A DNA stretch of 64,000 nucleotides from Mobula hypostoma (lineage: Eukaryota). Below are positions 38,380 through 52,200 of this stretch, piece after piece (the stretch's first letter is position 1; each line of letters begins with the position of its first letter). The notes beneath the pieces are model-generated. The model was given only the letters and a program-made list of their open reading frames with translations. It ran no database searches and was not told where the DNA came from. The DNA lies in NCBI RefSeq assembly GCF_963921235.1, contig NC_086097.1, positions 203,982,001 to 204,046,000 of the forward strand, read 5' to 3'. The position numbers were made by a program, and so were the translations under genes.

Positions 38380-41300
38380 GTAGATCTATGTTCAGCTGCC
38401 TCCATTTAGTTTATTGGCTCAATGCATTTTCCTTCCCATTGAGAATGAAGAAGCTCCCTCATTAAGACTTCGCTCCTCTGAACATAGACTTTAAAATATT
38501 TTGTCCTGCTTGTGGTTCAGAAGTTAGTGCAGTACAGGGAGTTACAGGGAAGCAAAGAGATGGGTGACCATTTCCTAGCCTAATTCCCAAACCTTCTTGC
38601 AAAACTTTTGTTGCATTTATAACATTGGGAATTCCAATTATCTTTCTGCATTAGTGCTAATGCGCATGTTCAGCAACAAGTTGGAATGCAAATTGGTGTA
38701 TTGGTTTCAATTCTAGAAGATCTGAGGATAAGAGCAGTGAAGTCTTGCTGCAACTGTGTGGAACTTAGCAGAGACTGCATCTGGGACTTTGCTTATAGGT
38801 ACAGTCTTCCTACCTAAGTAAAGTGGGAGTAACCAATTGATTCCTAGGTTGGCACGTTTGTCAAATTTTACACCGGAGTATAAAAGAACAAGAGGTTATC
38901 TCAATGAAACATAACAAAATTCTCAAGGGGCTTAGTGCATTACATGCAAGATACTTCTTTTGGCTTGGCTTGGTTGTCTAATCCAGATAGTAACTGCGTC
39001 AAAATAAAGGATACGTTATTCAGGACAGATTTGAGAAGAAATTTTCTACACCCACAGAATTGTAAATATTGGGATTTGGGATGAGGGAAGTGGTGTCTTA
39101 AGTCATATATATCAAGACATAAGGAGATGTGTGGCCTATTCCTGTTCTTATTCCTTATGTTCTTAAAAGCAAAGAAATAATTGTGTATTTTTGTCCTCTT
39201 TAAATGTCATAGTTCATAAAGAAGCACTTCAGCAAGTTGTGCCTGTGTTATTTCTTTAAACATAAATATCCAGTCTACTCACATTCCCTACCCATTCCAG
39301 CTCCTTTTAAATTCTTCTTTTTCAAATATTTATCTTTTTAAATGGTGCTAAAGCCTCAGTTTTACCAGCCAGTGGTGGTACATTTAATCTTAATAATCCT
39401 TGGTAGGAACACATTTCTGCAGCTTTTTCTTACTCATAATCATGAGCCTGTGCCTCTTTTCTCCTGATTCCCAATCAGTGTAACAAGCTCTTCATTATCC
39501 ATCCTTTCAAAATCTTTCATAACATTGAAAACCTTTATTGTATCCTCTTTAATTTTCCGTGTTCCAGTTTAAAAGTTCCAATTTTCATGCCTTTCTTTAT
39601 AAATATGACTTCTTGTTCTATGACATCCTCGTGAATCTTTGTGGCATCCTTTCAATGGGTTCCAATGTACTTCCTTTAATGAGATGACCAGCTGTAGGCT
39701 GACTAGTTTTGCTGGAAATACAGCAATAATTTCTAGTTTTTGAAGTTGTAACAGTATCATGTAGAATGAACAAATCCATTTCAATTTTCTCTGTTATTTC
39801 TACTTTAAAATGAATCAATGTGAGCCTAAACTTTGCCATTTTCTTTGTTTACTATTTTGTAAATTGGAGTAAACTTTCACTCACCTTGTCTTCAAATTAT
39901 GTTACAGGACTTCAAATTGCTTCAATTTGACCATTCCAATGTGAAGATTTTGGTTTGTTGCTATGGGCAACCTAGGAGAAAATTCTGTTGGAAAATTCAT
40001 GGTTCCTGAAGTGAAGTAATAATCCAAGTTTCTTCTCAAAACCATTTCATAATCACAAAACACAAAACTTTTTTATAGCGTTCAGAAAAGATGATTAAGT
40101 TAAGAGTAGTAGCATAACCGCAAGAATATGTGCTTAATAGAAGTCTCTATGCTAGTAATTCTGAGAAGCTTGATCTTAAATGACTGAAAATTAATTTTAA
40201 AATCTATAATAAATTATGTAATGGTTTAATTTTTATTCATTAGTCACTCTTAGCTAATTAAATATTTTTAATAATTTGAAGCCTAAACCTATCTACCGTT
40301 AACTTTGCATCTAAAAAACAGCAAATTTAATTTAAAGAGCTTTATCAAATATATGCAATCACTAGATGGATACCATGCTCATGATTTCATTTAGGGTGCA
40401 TGACTCATTTTATAACTAGCTTCCAGCCAAGGCTTTCAAAACCAGCTTAAAGGTCATGGAAACTTAATTTACACTTCATGTAACATGATTTAAATTCCCC
40501 CTAGTTTGGCTGATTTCAGATGTTTTGCAAAATTGCTCCAGTCATTTGTGAGATCTATTATTAACTTGTCCATGGTCACTTGCAGCCTTTAGGAAATTTC
40601 CTCATAGTTAACCATAACCAATACTGCAACCTACATTACAGACCATAAGACCATAAAACACAGGAGTAGAGTTTGACCACCCCAACTATTGATGCTGTTC
40701 TGCCATTCCATCCTTGCTGTTTTATTGTCACCCTCAATCTCATTCTTCTGCCTTTTCCCCATAACCATTGATGTCCTGGCTAACCAAGAACCTATCAACG
40801 TCTGCTTTAAATATTTTCTATGACTTGGCCTCCAAAACCGTCTGTGGCAATGGATTCCACAGATTCACCACTCTCTGGCTAAAGAAATTCCTCCCATCTC
40901 TGTTCTAGATGGACATTCCTCTATTGTGAGGCTGTGTCCTTTGGTCACACACTTTAGGAAACATCCTCTTCATGTTCTGCTCTATCTACAGTAGGTCTTT
41001 CAATGTTTAATAAGTTTCAATGAGATCTTCCCTCATTCTTCTAAACTCCAGTGAGTACAGGCCCTGACTCATCAAACACTTCTCATACATTAACACTTTC
41101 ATTCTTGGAATCATTCTCATGACCCTCCTCTGGACCCCCCAGCACATTTTTCTTAAATAAGGAGCCCAAAACTGTTCACAATACTCTGTTTGGTCTGACC
41201 AATGCCTTATAAAGTCTCAGCATCACACCTTTGCTCCATTCTAGTCCTCTCAAAATGAATGTTAACAATGCATTTGCCTTCCCTACCACCAACTCACCCT

Positions 41301-42868
41301 ACAAATTAACCTTCAATGTATCCTGCATAAGGACTTGCAAGTCCCCTTGTACCTCAGGGTTTTGAATTTTCACCCTGTTTAGAAAATAGTCTACACCTAT
41401 ATCCCTTCTACAAATTGCGTCACCATACACTCTCCTACACTATATTCCATCTGCCACTTCTTTGCCCATTCTCCCAATCCATCCAAGATCTTCTTCAGGC
41501 TCCCAGCTTCCTCAACACTACCTTCCCCTCCACTTACCTTTGTATTGTCTGCATACTTTGCTACAAAGCCATCAATTCTGTCATCTAAATCATTGACCAA
41601 TAACGTGAAAAGAAGTGGTCCCAGTACCGATCCCTGTAGAACACCACTAGTCACTAGCAGCCAACTAGAAGAGGCCACCTTTACTCACGCACTTTGCTTC
41701 CTGACAGTCAGCCAATCCATGCTAGTAATAACATTCCTGTAGTTGCACGGGCTGTCAGCTTGTTAAACAGCCTTGTGTGCAGCACCTTGTCAGCGGCCTT
41801 CTGAAAGTGCAAGTAAACAACAATCACTGACTCTACTTTCTCTATCCTGTCTATTACTTATTCAAGGAATTCCAACAAATTTGTCAGGCAAGATTCCCAA
41901 TTAAGGAAATCATGCTGACTTCGGCTTACTTTATCATGTGCCTCCCCAAAATCTCAACCTTAATAATGGACTCCAAAATCTTCCCAACCACTAAAGTCAG
42001 GCTAACTGGCCTATAATTTCTTTGCTTCTGCCTCACCTTCCTCTTAAAGAGTGGAGTGACATTTGCAATATTCCAGTCCTTAGGAACCATTCCAGAATCT
42101 AGTGATTCTTGAAAGATCATTACTAATTCCTCCACAATCTCTTCAGCTCCTTCTTTCAGAACCCTGGGGAGTACACCATTTGGTCCAGGTAACTTATCTG
42201 CCTTCAGGCCTTTCAAAATCTTAAGCAACTTCTCCTTAGTAATAGGAACTACACACACTTCTGTCCCCTGACACTCTCAAATTTCTGGCATATTGCCAGT
42301 TTCTTCCACAGTTAAGACTGATGCAAAATACTTAATAAGTTTGTCCACCATTTCCTTGCACCCCATTACTACCTCTCCAGCATCATTTTCTAGTGGTTCA
42401 CTTTTGCCTCTCTTTTTACTCCATGTATTTGAAAAATCTTTTGATATCCTCTTTTATGTTATTGGCTAACTTACCTTTATATTTCATTGTTACTCCCATT
42501 ATGATAATTTTAGTTACCTTTTGTGGGTTTTTAAAAATTCCCAATTTTCTAACTTTTCACTAAATTTTGCTATATTATATGCTCTCTCTTTTACTTTTAG
42601 GCTGTCTTTGACTTCCCTTGTCAACCACAGTTGCTTCATCTTCTCTGTAGAATACTTCTTCATTTTTTGGTTGTATCTTTCCTGTACCTTCTGATTTCGC
42701 CCCTGAAACTCTAGCCATTGTTTTTCTGCCATCTTCCCTGATAGTGTCTCCCTCCAATCCACTTTGACCAGTTTGTTTCTCGTGCCTCTGTAATTCCATT
42801 TTCTCCACTGTAACACTGATACATCCGACTTTATCTTCTCCCTTGCAAACTACAGGGTGAAATTTCTC

Positions 42869-45800
42869 GTAGGTCAGTGGTGGTTATTTAAAAAGGGAGC
42901 TTCAAGAGCATTTGTCCATTGTACATGGCCTATCAGCAGCTATAACTGGAGCACCAGTCGTGAATTAGATAGCAGGGAAGGTTCAGGCATAAAAGGGAGA
43001 CACTGCCTAGCAGAGCGTTCATCAAAGGAACGATCATTGATGGGGTGATCTGACGCAGAGTGAAACATAGAACATAGAAACATAAAAAACCCCACAAAGC
43101 TGTGCTGAACATGTCCTTACCTTAGAAATTATGTAGGGTTACCCATAGCCCTCTAAGTGGTAGGGCTTTGGCTCATTCGGGATTCTGCAAGGTAAGTGGG
43201 TGAGTGAACTTAGTTTTTTTTTTCTTTCCATTTTGTCAGTTGTGGGAATTCTGGGAATTTTCCAGTCTCCCAGATGGCCACACCTGCGCCAGGTGCACCG
43301 AGATGCAGCTCCTGAGAGACCGTGTTAGGGATCTGGAGCTGTGGCTTGATGACATACAGTTTACTAGGGAAAGTGAGCAGGAGACAGATAGAAGTTACAA
43401 GGAGTTAGTCACCCCGAGACTGCAGGAGTTAGATAAGTGGGTGGCTGTCAAGGAAGGGATGGGAAGAGCTCAGATAGCAGAGAGCATCCCTGTGGCCCAC
43501 CCCCTCAGCAATCGTTATCTCGGATTGGATGCTGTTGAGGGGGTGACCTGACAGAGGACGACCACAGCGATCGGGTCTCTGGCACTGAGCCTGGTTCTAT
43601 GGCGCAGAAGGGAGAGAAGAAGATGAAGAATGCGGTAGTCATAGGGGACTCCATAGTGGGAGGAACAGACAGGAGGTTCTGTCAGCCTGATAGAGATACC
43701 CACATGGTGTGTTGCCTCCCAGGTGCCAGGGTATGGGATGCCTTGGATTGGGTGCAGAGTATTCTGAAGGGAAAGGGTGAACAGCCAGAAGCTCTGGTAC
43801 ACGTTGGTACCAATGATGTAGGTAGAAAAAAGGAGGAGGTCCTGAAGAGAGAATTCAGGCAGATGGGTAGGAAGCTGAAAAGTAGAACCTCCAGGGTAGT
43901 AATCTCGGGATTGCTGCCTGTGCCACGTGCTAATGAGTGCAAGAATAGCATGATCAGGCATATTAATGCGTGGCTGAGAGACTGGTGTGAGGGGCAGGGC
44001 TTTGGGTTCCAGGATCACTGGGGCATCTTCTGGGGGAGGTACAATCTGTACAAAAAGGAGGGGTTACACCTGAACACAAAAGGGTCCAATATCCTACTAG
44101 GCAGGTTAAATAGAGCTGTTAACGAGAGTTTAAACTAATTAGCATGGGGATGGGAACCGGAGTGATAGGCTTGAGGAAAGGAAAAACAGAAATAAATCAA
44201 AGATAGTGTGCAACAGAGATGATAGAAAGGACAGGCAGGAGATGAGGCATAATCACAGCCAGTGGGATGAGTTACAGGGCAATAGAGGTGAGGTGCAATT
44301 AAAACAGAAAGCTACAAATACTGGATTGCAAGTGTTATATTTGAATGCACACAGTATAAGAAATAAAATGGATGATCTTGAAATTCAGCTACAGATTGGC
44401 AAGTATGATATTGTGACCATCTCTGAAAGTTGACTAAAGGAGATAATAAAGGACAAAAGAGATTTGAGGGTAGATATAGGACCAATACTAGAAATATTGT
44501 AATGAGAGACACAGAGATGACAGAGGAACTGAATGAATATTTTGCATCAGTCTTCACAGTGGAGGACATCTGCAGTATACTGCACATTCAAGAGTGTCAG
44601 GGAAATGAAGAATGTGCAGTGAAAATTACGACTCAGAAGGTGATCAGGAAGCTTAATGGTCTGAGGGTAGATAAATCTCCTGGACCTGATGGAATGTACC
44701 CTTAGGTTCTGAAGGAAGTAGCTGGAGAGATTGCGGAAGCATTAACAATAACCTTTCAAGAATCGATAGATTCTGGCATTGTACTAGATGAATGGAAAAT
44801 TGCAAATGTTACTCCACTATTTAAGAAGGGTGGGAGGCAGCAGAAAGGTAACTATAGACCTGTTAACCTGACATCAGTGGTTGGGAAGTTGTTGGAATCA
44901 ATTGTTAGGGATGAGATTACGGAATACCTGCCAGCATGAAAGGAAAGTCCTGCCTGACAAACCTCCTGCAATTTTTTGAGGAAATTACAAGCAGGGTAGA
45001 CAAAGGCGATGCAGTGGACATGGTGTACTTGGATTTTCAGAAGGCCTTTGACAAGGTGCAGCACATGAGGCTGCTTAGCAAGATAAGAGCCCATGGAATT
45101 ACAGAGGAATTGCAAGCATGGGTGGAGCATTGGCTGGTCAGCAGAAAACAGAGTGAGAATAAAAGGATCCTATTCCGGTTGGCTGCCAGTTACCAGTGGA
45201 GTTCCACAAGGGCCAGTGATAGGACTGCAGTTTTTTATGATGTATGTCAATAATTTGGACTATAGGATTAATGGATTTGTGTTTAAATTTGCCGATGATT
45301 CAAAGGTAGGTGGAGAAGCGGGTAATGTTGAAGAAACAGAGGGCCTACAGAGAGACTTAGTTAGTTTAGGGGAATGGGCAAAGAAGTGGCAAATGAAATA
45401 CAACATTGGAAAGTGTATGGTCATGCACTTGACGGAAGAAATAAATGGGCAGACTATTATTTAGATGGAGAGAGAATTCAAAATGCAGAGATGCAAAAGA
45501 ACTTGGGAGCCCTTGTGCAGGATACCCTAAAGGTTAATCTCCAGGTTGAGTTGGTGGTGAAGAAAGTGAAAGCAATTTTGGCATTCATTTCTAGAATTAT
45601 AGAATATAAGAGCAGGAATGTGATGTTGAGGCTCTATATGGCACCCGTGAGACCATAGTTGGAGTATTGTGTGCAGTTTTGGGCTCTTTATTTTAGAAAG
45701 GATATACTGACATTGAAGAGGGTTCAGAGAAGATTCACGAGAATTATTCCAGGAATGAAAGGGTTACTGTATGAGGAACGTCTGGCAGCTCTTGGGCTGT

Positions 45801-46211
45801 ATTCCCAGGAGTTCAGGAGAATGAGGGGGGATCTCATAGAAACATTCCAAATGTTAAAATGCCTGAACAGATTAGATATGGCAAAGTTATTTCCCATGGT
45901 AGGGGAGTCTGGGACAAGAGGGCATGACTTCAGGATTGAAGGACGTCCATTTAGAAGAGAAATGCGGAGAAATTACTTTAGTCAGAGGGTGGTAAACCTG
46001 TGGAAATTGTTGCCACGAGCGGCTGTGGAGGCTGAGTCATTGAGTGCATTCAAGGCAGAGATAGACAGGTTCTTGATTAACCAGGGCATCAAAGGGTATG
46101 AGGAGAAGCCAGGGGATTGGGGATGACTGGGAAGAATTGGATCAGCCCATGATTGATGGCGGAGCAGAGTCAATGGGCCGAATGGCCTACTTCTGCTCCT
46201 GTATCTTATGG
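42869..46211 (+). mobile_element. Near full-length CR1 LINE (5' UTR, ORF1, deleted ORF2, 3' UTR)
   Basis: ORF1 pieces 43204-44138; EN start VLYLNAHSIRNK; deletion at about 44430-44490; RT YLDFQKAFDKV and KFADDSK; TCTTATGG tail. A short minus CR1 tail is inserted at about 43062-43155. Confidence 0.92.
43204..44138 (+). pseudogene. CR1 ORF1: Zn-finger/coiled-coil plus SGNH esterase domain, frameshifted
   Basis: CQLWEF..CARC..LRDRVRDLEL, then VVIGDSIV (block I), LPGA (II), VHVGTND (III), EGLHLN (V). Confidence 0.88.
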
Positions 46212-47159
46212 CCTTACTATGATCACTATCTCCTCAGGATTCCCTTACCTTTAGCTTCTTGATCAAATCTGGCTCATTACACAACATCCAATCCAGAACT
46301 GCCTTCCTCCTTGAGGGCTCAACCACAAGCTGCTCTATGAAGCTGCCATCTCATAAGCATTACGCAAATTTCCTTTTTGCCAATTTTGCTCTCTTAGCAA
46401 ATTTTATAGCATGCCTCTTTTGACATTTCAGACAAATTTATGTTATAAATAAAAGTATCCTATTCACATAGTTCTGCACAGTTTGTTTACAGTTTACAGA
46501 TCCTGTTTACACTTCCTGTTCTATAGATTTGCTAAGAAAAAGAATCTCAGGGTTGTATGTGGTGACATGTACATACTCTAATAATAAATTTTACTTTGAC
46601 CTTTGAGGCATACTATTTGAATTCCACAAAATGTAATTTACTCTCTATCTGCTGATCCTCCAACCATAATTCTATCCCCACCCACTTCTCTCACCCCTCA
46701 ATCTGCTGTCCTCCCTTCTACTAAGATCTAAAAGCAGAATTGTGCAGATGGAGATGTTACTTCAACCTGATATTACCCCGCTGGTCTTACTTCCTATCTT
46801 TTCTCTCTTCCATTTCTTCTCTTTGACATCTAAGATAACACTGATGGCCTCTGTCGCTTGAAATTGTTAAATTTCAAATTTCATGACCCTAGTTCGTTCC
46901 CTATCACCATAAAGGTCCAATCGTCCTCCACTCCTTGTCAGGATGGTTTGTTCACTGCATGAATTTTATCTGGATAGAAGAATTTCAAGTTGTATACATT
47001 TCTAATAAATGAACTTGTGAACTTTTGAAGAACAACCAATGGCTATTGTAGTTACTGCAGTTTTTATGGTATTATGTTAAGGTAAATAATAAGGATAGAG
47101 CTAGCAATAAAATGATACATTGTTGAAGGTAATTAATAATCAACTAAGTGTCAGCCACT

Positions 47160-47535
47160 ATTGAATTGAATTGAATTGACTTTATTTCTTACATCCTTCA
47201 CATACACGAGGAGTAAAAATCTCTATGTTACATCTCCATCTAAATGTGCATTGTGCAATTTATAGTAATTTGTAATAAATAGTATGTCCAACAGGACAGT
47301 TAATATAGCATAGAAATACAATTGTATCAGTGTGAATTAATCAGTCTGATGGATGGTGGAAGAAGCTGTCCCGGAGCCTGTTGGTCCTGGCTTTTATGCT
47401 GTGGTACCGTTTCCTGGATTGTAGCAGCTGGATCAGTTTGAGGTTGGGGTGACTCTGGTCCCCATCTATCCTTTTTTATTCACCTGTGTCTGAAAACGTC
47501 CTGAATAGTGGGAAGTTGACATCTACAGATGCACT
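47160..47535 (-). mobile_element. Rex-type 3' fragment with (ATTGA)n tail
   Basis: TTGAATTGAATTGAATTGACTTTATT start; GGAAGAAGCTGTCC...GGTACCGTTTCCTGGA body, like the other Rex 3' ends. Confidence 0.75.
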
Positions 47536-48022
47536 AGTATGACAATATACTGAAATAATATAATGTAGTACCTTGTGTTCTTGAGGACACATACACATAT
47601 AATGTACTTCTCCCAATTTGCTGCTCACTTATGAAGGGTCTCAAGCTGAAACGTTAGTTGTCTATTTCCCTCCATAGATATCACTTACCTAACGGAGTTC
47701 CTCTGGCATTTCTTCTGTTGCTCTGCAGTCTCTCTTGTATTGCTGGGAATGATTACATCCATCAATGTTCAAGTGTTCTGGATCATGATAAGCATTCCCT
47801 CATGTTTCCGGGAAGTACAGATGATTCAGTCATCCTCAAGGAGCTCCCATTGCCAAACGTCTTTCATGAATTCTGAACACAAGAAATACCTTATTCAACT
47901 ATGTATCCTCACACTAATGTACTCCTGTTGCTACAGTGGGAGCCACACAAGCTAAAAACAGTAATGGATCTTCTAAAAGTAAGACTCTGCTGGCTGCACA
48001 AGTGTATTTCTTAAATACACGA

Positions 48023-48680
48023 GTTAAATGTAATGTTCATTATTGTCACATGCACTGAGGTATATTGAAAAACTTGTCTTGCAGAACTGTCCATGTAGAT
48101 CAATACAACAGTGCATTGATGTGGTACAGGGTAAAACAATAACAGAGTGCAGAATAAAGGATTACAATTACAGAGAAAGTGAAGTGCAGGAAGACAGTAA
48201 AGTAAAAGGTCAAGAGTCAAACTTAATGCAATGGGGAACCATTCTCTAGGTTTATAACAATGGAATAGAAAATGTCCCTTATCCTGTAATTCATCCTTCT
48301 AGGCTTTTCTATCATCTGTCTAATGGGAGGGGATAGAAGAGAAAATGTATGTGAGGCGTGATATCTGTGATCATACTGGCTGTTTTTCTGAAACAGCAAG
48401 AGACATAAACAGAGCCCATTGAGGGGAAGATGGTTTCCATGATGCGCAGGGCTGAGTCCACAACTCTCTGCAGTTTCTTGTGATCACAAGAAGAGCAGTT
48501 GCCAAGCTGTAATACATCCAGATAGGATGTTTTCTATGGTTTGTCGATAAAAATTGGTTAAAGGGGGAACGTGTGAAATTTCTTTAGCCTCCTGAGGAAA
48601 AAGAAACACAAGTGAAATTTTTTTTAAGGTTCACTGCTAGGAACTTGAAACTCTAAGTCCTATCAACTACAGCACTGTTG
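48023..48680 (-). mobile_element. Old Rex1/Babar 3' fragment
   Basis: GGTTTCCATGATG..GCTGAGTCCACAACTCTCTGCAGTTTCTTG..CTCCTGAGGAA..AGGAACTTGAAACTCT, a degraded reverse match to 14100-14600. Confidence 0.65.
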
Positions 48681-48955
48681 ATGTAACAACCAATTACAGA
48701 GACTACCATATGCTGCACAACCAAGCCAACCAGAAACAGCAGCTGGTGCTGGCTGAAGAACAGTAAGGTGACTGGAGGCTGAGGCGTAGAGCCTGAGGTC
48801 CAACAGAAGGAAGAAGAGTAGGTAGCAGCAGGAAGTTATCAGTAGGATATCCCTGCACAGCAGACCATTCTCAGCTCTTGGACAAGCAGAGGAAACGAGC
48901 ATGAGATGCAAAAGACTCTTTCACAGAGAAATGCTACTTTTGAGCATTCATAGTA

Positions 48956-51900
48956 AAACAAACACACAGCTCAATACAAACCCTTTGGCCCACAAAGTTG
49001 TGCCGAACATGTCCCTATATTAGAAATTACTAGGGTTACCCATAGCCCTCTATTTTTCTAAGCTCCATGTCCTATCCAGGAGTCTCTTAAAAGGCCCTAT
49101 CGTATCCGCCTCCACCACTGCCGCCGGCAGCCCATTGCACCCACTCACCACTCTCTGAGTAAAACACTGACCCTTGACATCTCCTCTGTACCTACTCCCC
49201 AGCACCTTAAACCTGTGTCCTCTTGTGGCAACCATTTCAGCCCCGGAAAAAAGCCTCTGTCTATCTACACGATCAATGCCTCTCATCATCTTATACATAT
49301 CTATCAGGTCACCTCTCATCCTTCGTCGCTCCAAGGAGAAAAGGCCAAGTTCACTCAACCTATTTTCCTAAACATGCTCCCCAATCCAAGCAACATCCTT
49401 GTAAATCTCCTCTGCACCATTTCTATGGTTTCCACATACTTCCTGTAGTGAGGTGACCAGAACTGAGCACGGTACTCCAAGTGGGGCCTGGCCAGGGTCC
49501 TATATAGCTGCAACATTACCTCTCGGTTCCTAAATTCAAATCCACAATTGATGAAGGCCAATACACCGTATGTCTTCTTAAGCACAGAGTCAACCTGCGC
49601 AGCGGGTTTGAAAGTCCTATGGACTCGGACCCCAAGATCCTGCTGATCCTCCACACCGCCAAGAGTCTTACCACTAATACGATATTCTGCCATCATATTT
49701 GACCTACCAAAATGAACCACATCACACTTATCTGGGTTGAACTCCATCTGCCACTTCTCAGCCCAGTTTTGCATCCTATCAATGTCTCACTATAATCTTT
49801 GACAGCCCTCCACACTATCCACAACACCCCCAACCTTTGTGTCATCATCAGATTTATTAACCCATCCCTCCAGTTCCTCATCCAGGTCATTTATAAAAAT
49901 CACAAAGATTAAGGGTCCCACAACAGATCCCTGAGGCACACCACTGGTCACCGACCTCCATGCAGAATATGACCTGTCTACAACCACTCTTTGCCTTCTG
50001 TGGGCAAGCCAGTTTTGGATCCACAGAGCAATGTCCCGTTGGATCCCATGCCTCCTTTCTTTCTCAATAAGCCTTGCATGGGGTACCTTATCAAATGCCT
50101 TGCTGAAATCCAGATACACCACATCTACTACTCTTCCTTCATCAATGTGTTTCGTCACATCCTCAGAATATTCAATCAGGCTCATAAGGCACGACCTGCA
50201 CTTGACAAACCCATGCTGACTATTCCTAATCATATTATACCTCTCCAAAAGTTCATAAATCCTGCCTCTCAGGATCTTCTCCATCAACTGACCAACCACT
50301 GAGGTAAGACTCACTGGTCTATAATTTCCTGGGCTATCTCTACTCCCTTTCTTGAATAAGGGAACAACATCCGCAACCCTCCAATCCTCCAGAACCTCTC
50401 CCATCCCCATTGATGATACAAAGATCATCCCCAGAAACTCAGCAATCTACTCCCTCACTTCCCACAGTAGCCTGGGGTATATCTCATCCGGTCCCGGTGA
50501 CTTATCCAACTTGATGCTTTCCAAAAGCTCCAGCGCATTCTCTTTCTTAATATCTACATGCTCAAGCTTTTCAGTCCGCTGTAAGTCATCGCTACAATCA
50601 CCAAGATCCTTTTCCATAGTGAATACTGAAGTAAAGTATACATTAAGTACCTCTGCTATTTCCTCCGGCTCCGTACACACTTTCCCACTGTCACACTTGA
50701 TAGGTTCTATTCTTTCACATCTTATCCTCTTGCTCTTCACATACTTGCGGAATGCCTTGGGATTTTCCTTAATCCTGCTTGGCAATGTCTTCTCATGGCC
50801 CATTCTGGCTCTCCTAATTTCATTCTTAAACTCCTTCCTGTTAGCCTTATAATCTTCTAGATCTCTAACATTACCTAGCTCTCTGAACTTTTCGTAAGCC
50901 TTTCTTTTCTTCTTGACTAGATTTACTACAGCCTTTGTACGCCACGGTTCCTGTACCCTACCATAACTTCCCTGTCTCGTTGGAATGTACCTGTGCAGAA
51001 CTCCACACAAATATCCCCTGAACATTTGCCACATTTCTTCCATACTTTTCCCTGAGAACATCTGTTCCCAATTTAAGTTTCGAAGTTCCTGCCTGATAGC
51101 CTCATAATTCCTCTTACTCTAATTAAATGCTATTCTAACTTGTCTGTTCCTATCTCTCGCCAATCCTATTGTAAAGGAGATAGAATTATGATCACTATCT
51201 CCAAAATGCTCTTCCCACTGAAAGATCTGACACCTGACCAGGTTCATTTCCCAATACCAAATCAAGTACAGCCTCTCCTCTTGTAGGCATATTTACGTAT
51301 TGTGTCAAGAAATCTTCCTGAACACACCTAACAAACTCCACCTCATCTAAATCCCTTGCTCCAGGGGATGCCAATCGATATTTGGGAAATTAAAATCATC
51401 CACCACGCCAACCCTGTTATTATTACACCTTTCCAGGATCTGTTTCCCTACATGCTCCTTGATATCCTTGTTACTATTGGGCGGCCTGTAAAAAATACCC
51501 AGTAGAGTTATTGACTCCTTTCTGTTCCTAACCTCCACCCACAGAGACTCTGTAGACAATCCCTCCATGATGTCTACCTTTTCTGTAGCTGTGACACTAT
51601 CTCTGATCAACAGTGCTAAGCCCCCGCCTCTTTTGCCTCCCTTCCTGTCCTTTCTGAAACCAACTGAAACCCAGCACTTGAAGCAACCATTCCTGTCCCT
51701 GAGCCATCCAAGTCTCTGTAATGGAAGCAACATCATAGCTCCAAGTACTGATCCACGCTCTAAGCTGATCCGCTTTGTTGACAATTCTCCTTGCGTTAAA
51801 ATAGACACATCTCAAACCGTCAATCTGAACACGTTCTTTCTCTATCACCTGCCTATCCTCCCTCACACACTGTCTCCAAGCTTTCTCTATTTGTGAGCCA

Positions 51901-52200
51901 ACTGCCTCTTCCCCAGTCTCTTCTGTTCGGTTCCCACCCCCCAACAATTCTAGTTTAAACTCTCCCCAAAAGCCTTAGCAAACCTCCCTGCCAGGGTATT
52001 GGTCCCCCTTGGATTCAAGTGCAACCCTTCCTTTTTGTTCAGGTCACACCTGCCCCAGAAGAGGTCCAGAAATCTGAATCCCTGTCCCCTGCTTCAATCC
52101 CTCAGCCACACATTTATCCTCCACCTCATTCTATTTCTATACTCACTGTCACTTGGCACAGGCAGTAATCCCGAGATTATTACCTTTGAGGACCTGCTTC
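48956..52200 (-). mobile_element. CR1 LINE, ORF1 end through 3' UTR, frameshifted
   Basis: EN pieces LRCVYFNARRI, ITETW, GIFYRPPNS; RT ORF 49790-50428 with GVPQGSVVGPL and KSDDDTK; C-terminal RRRMRGDLI. Confidence 0.95.

Larger units (their letters stand above)
40640..46375 (-). mobile_element. CR1 LINE (minus), split by a plus-strand CR1; own parts 40640-42868 and about 46212-46375
   Basis: AGACCATAAGACCATAA tail; peptides GVLQGSVLGPLLF..KYADNTK and VPKDWNIANVTPLFK. EN-region sequence resumes after 46211 (ATGATCACTATCTCC). Confidence 0.88.

Noticed and set aside
43515..44018. 167-aa minus ORF, and similar ORFs at 13905-14291, 50352-50852 and 62075-62581
   Set aside because: Antisense shadows of LINE coding sequence.
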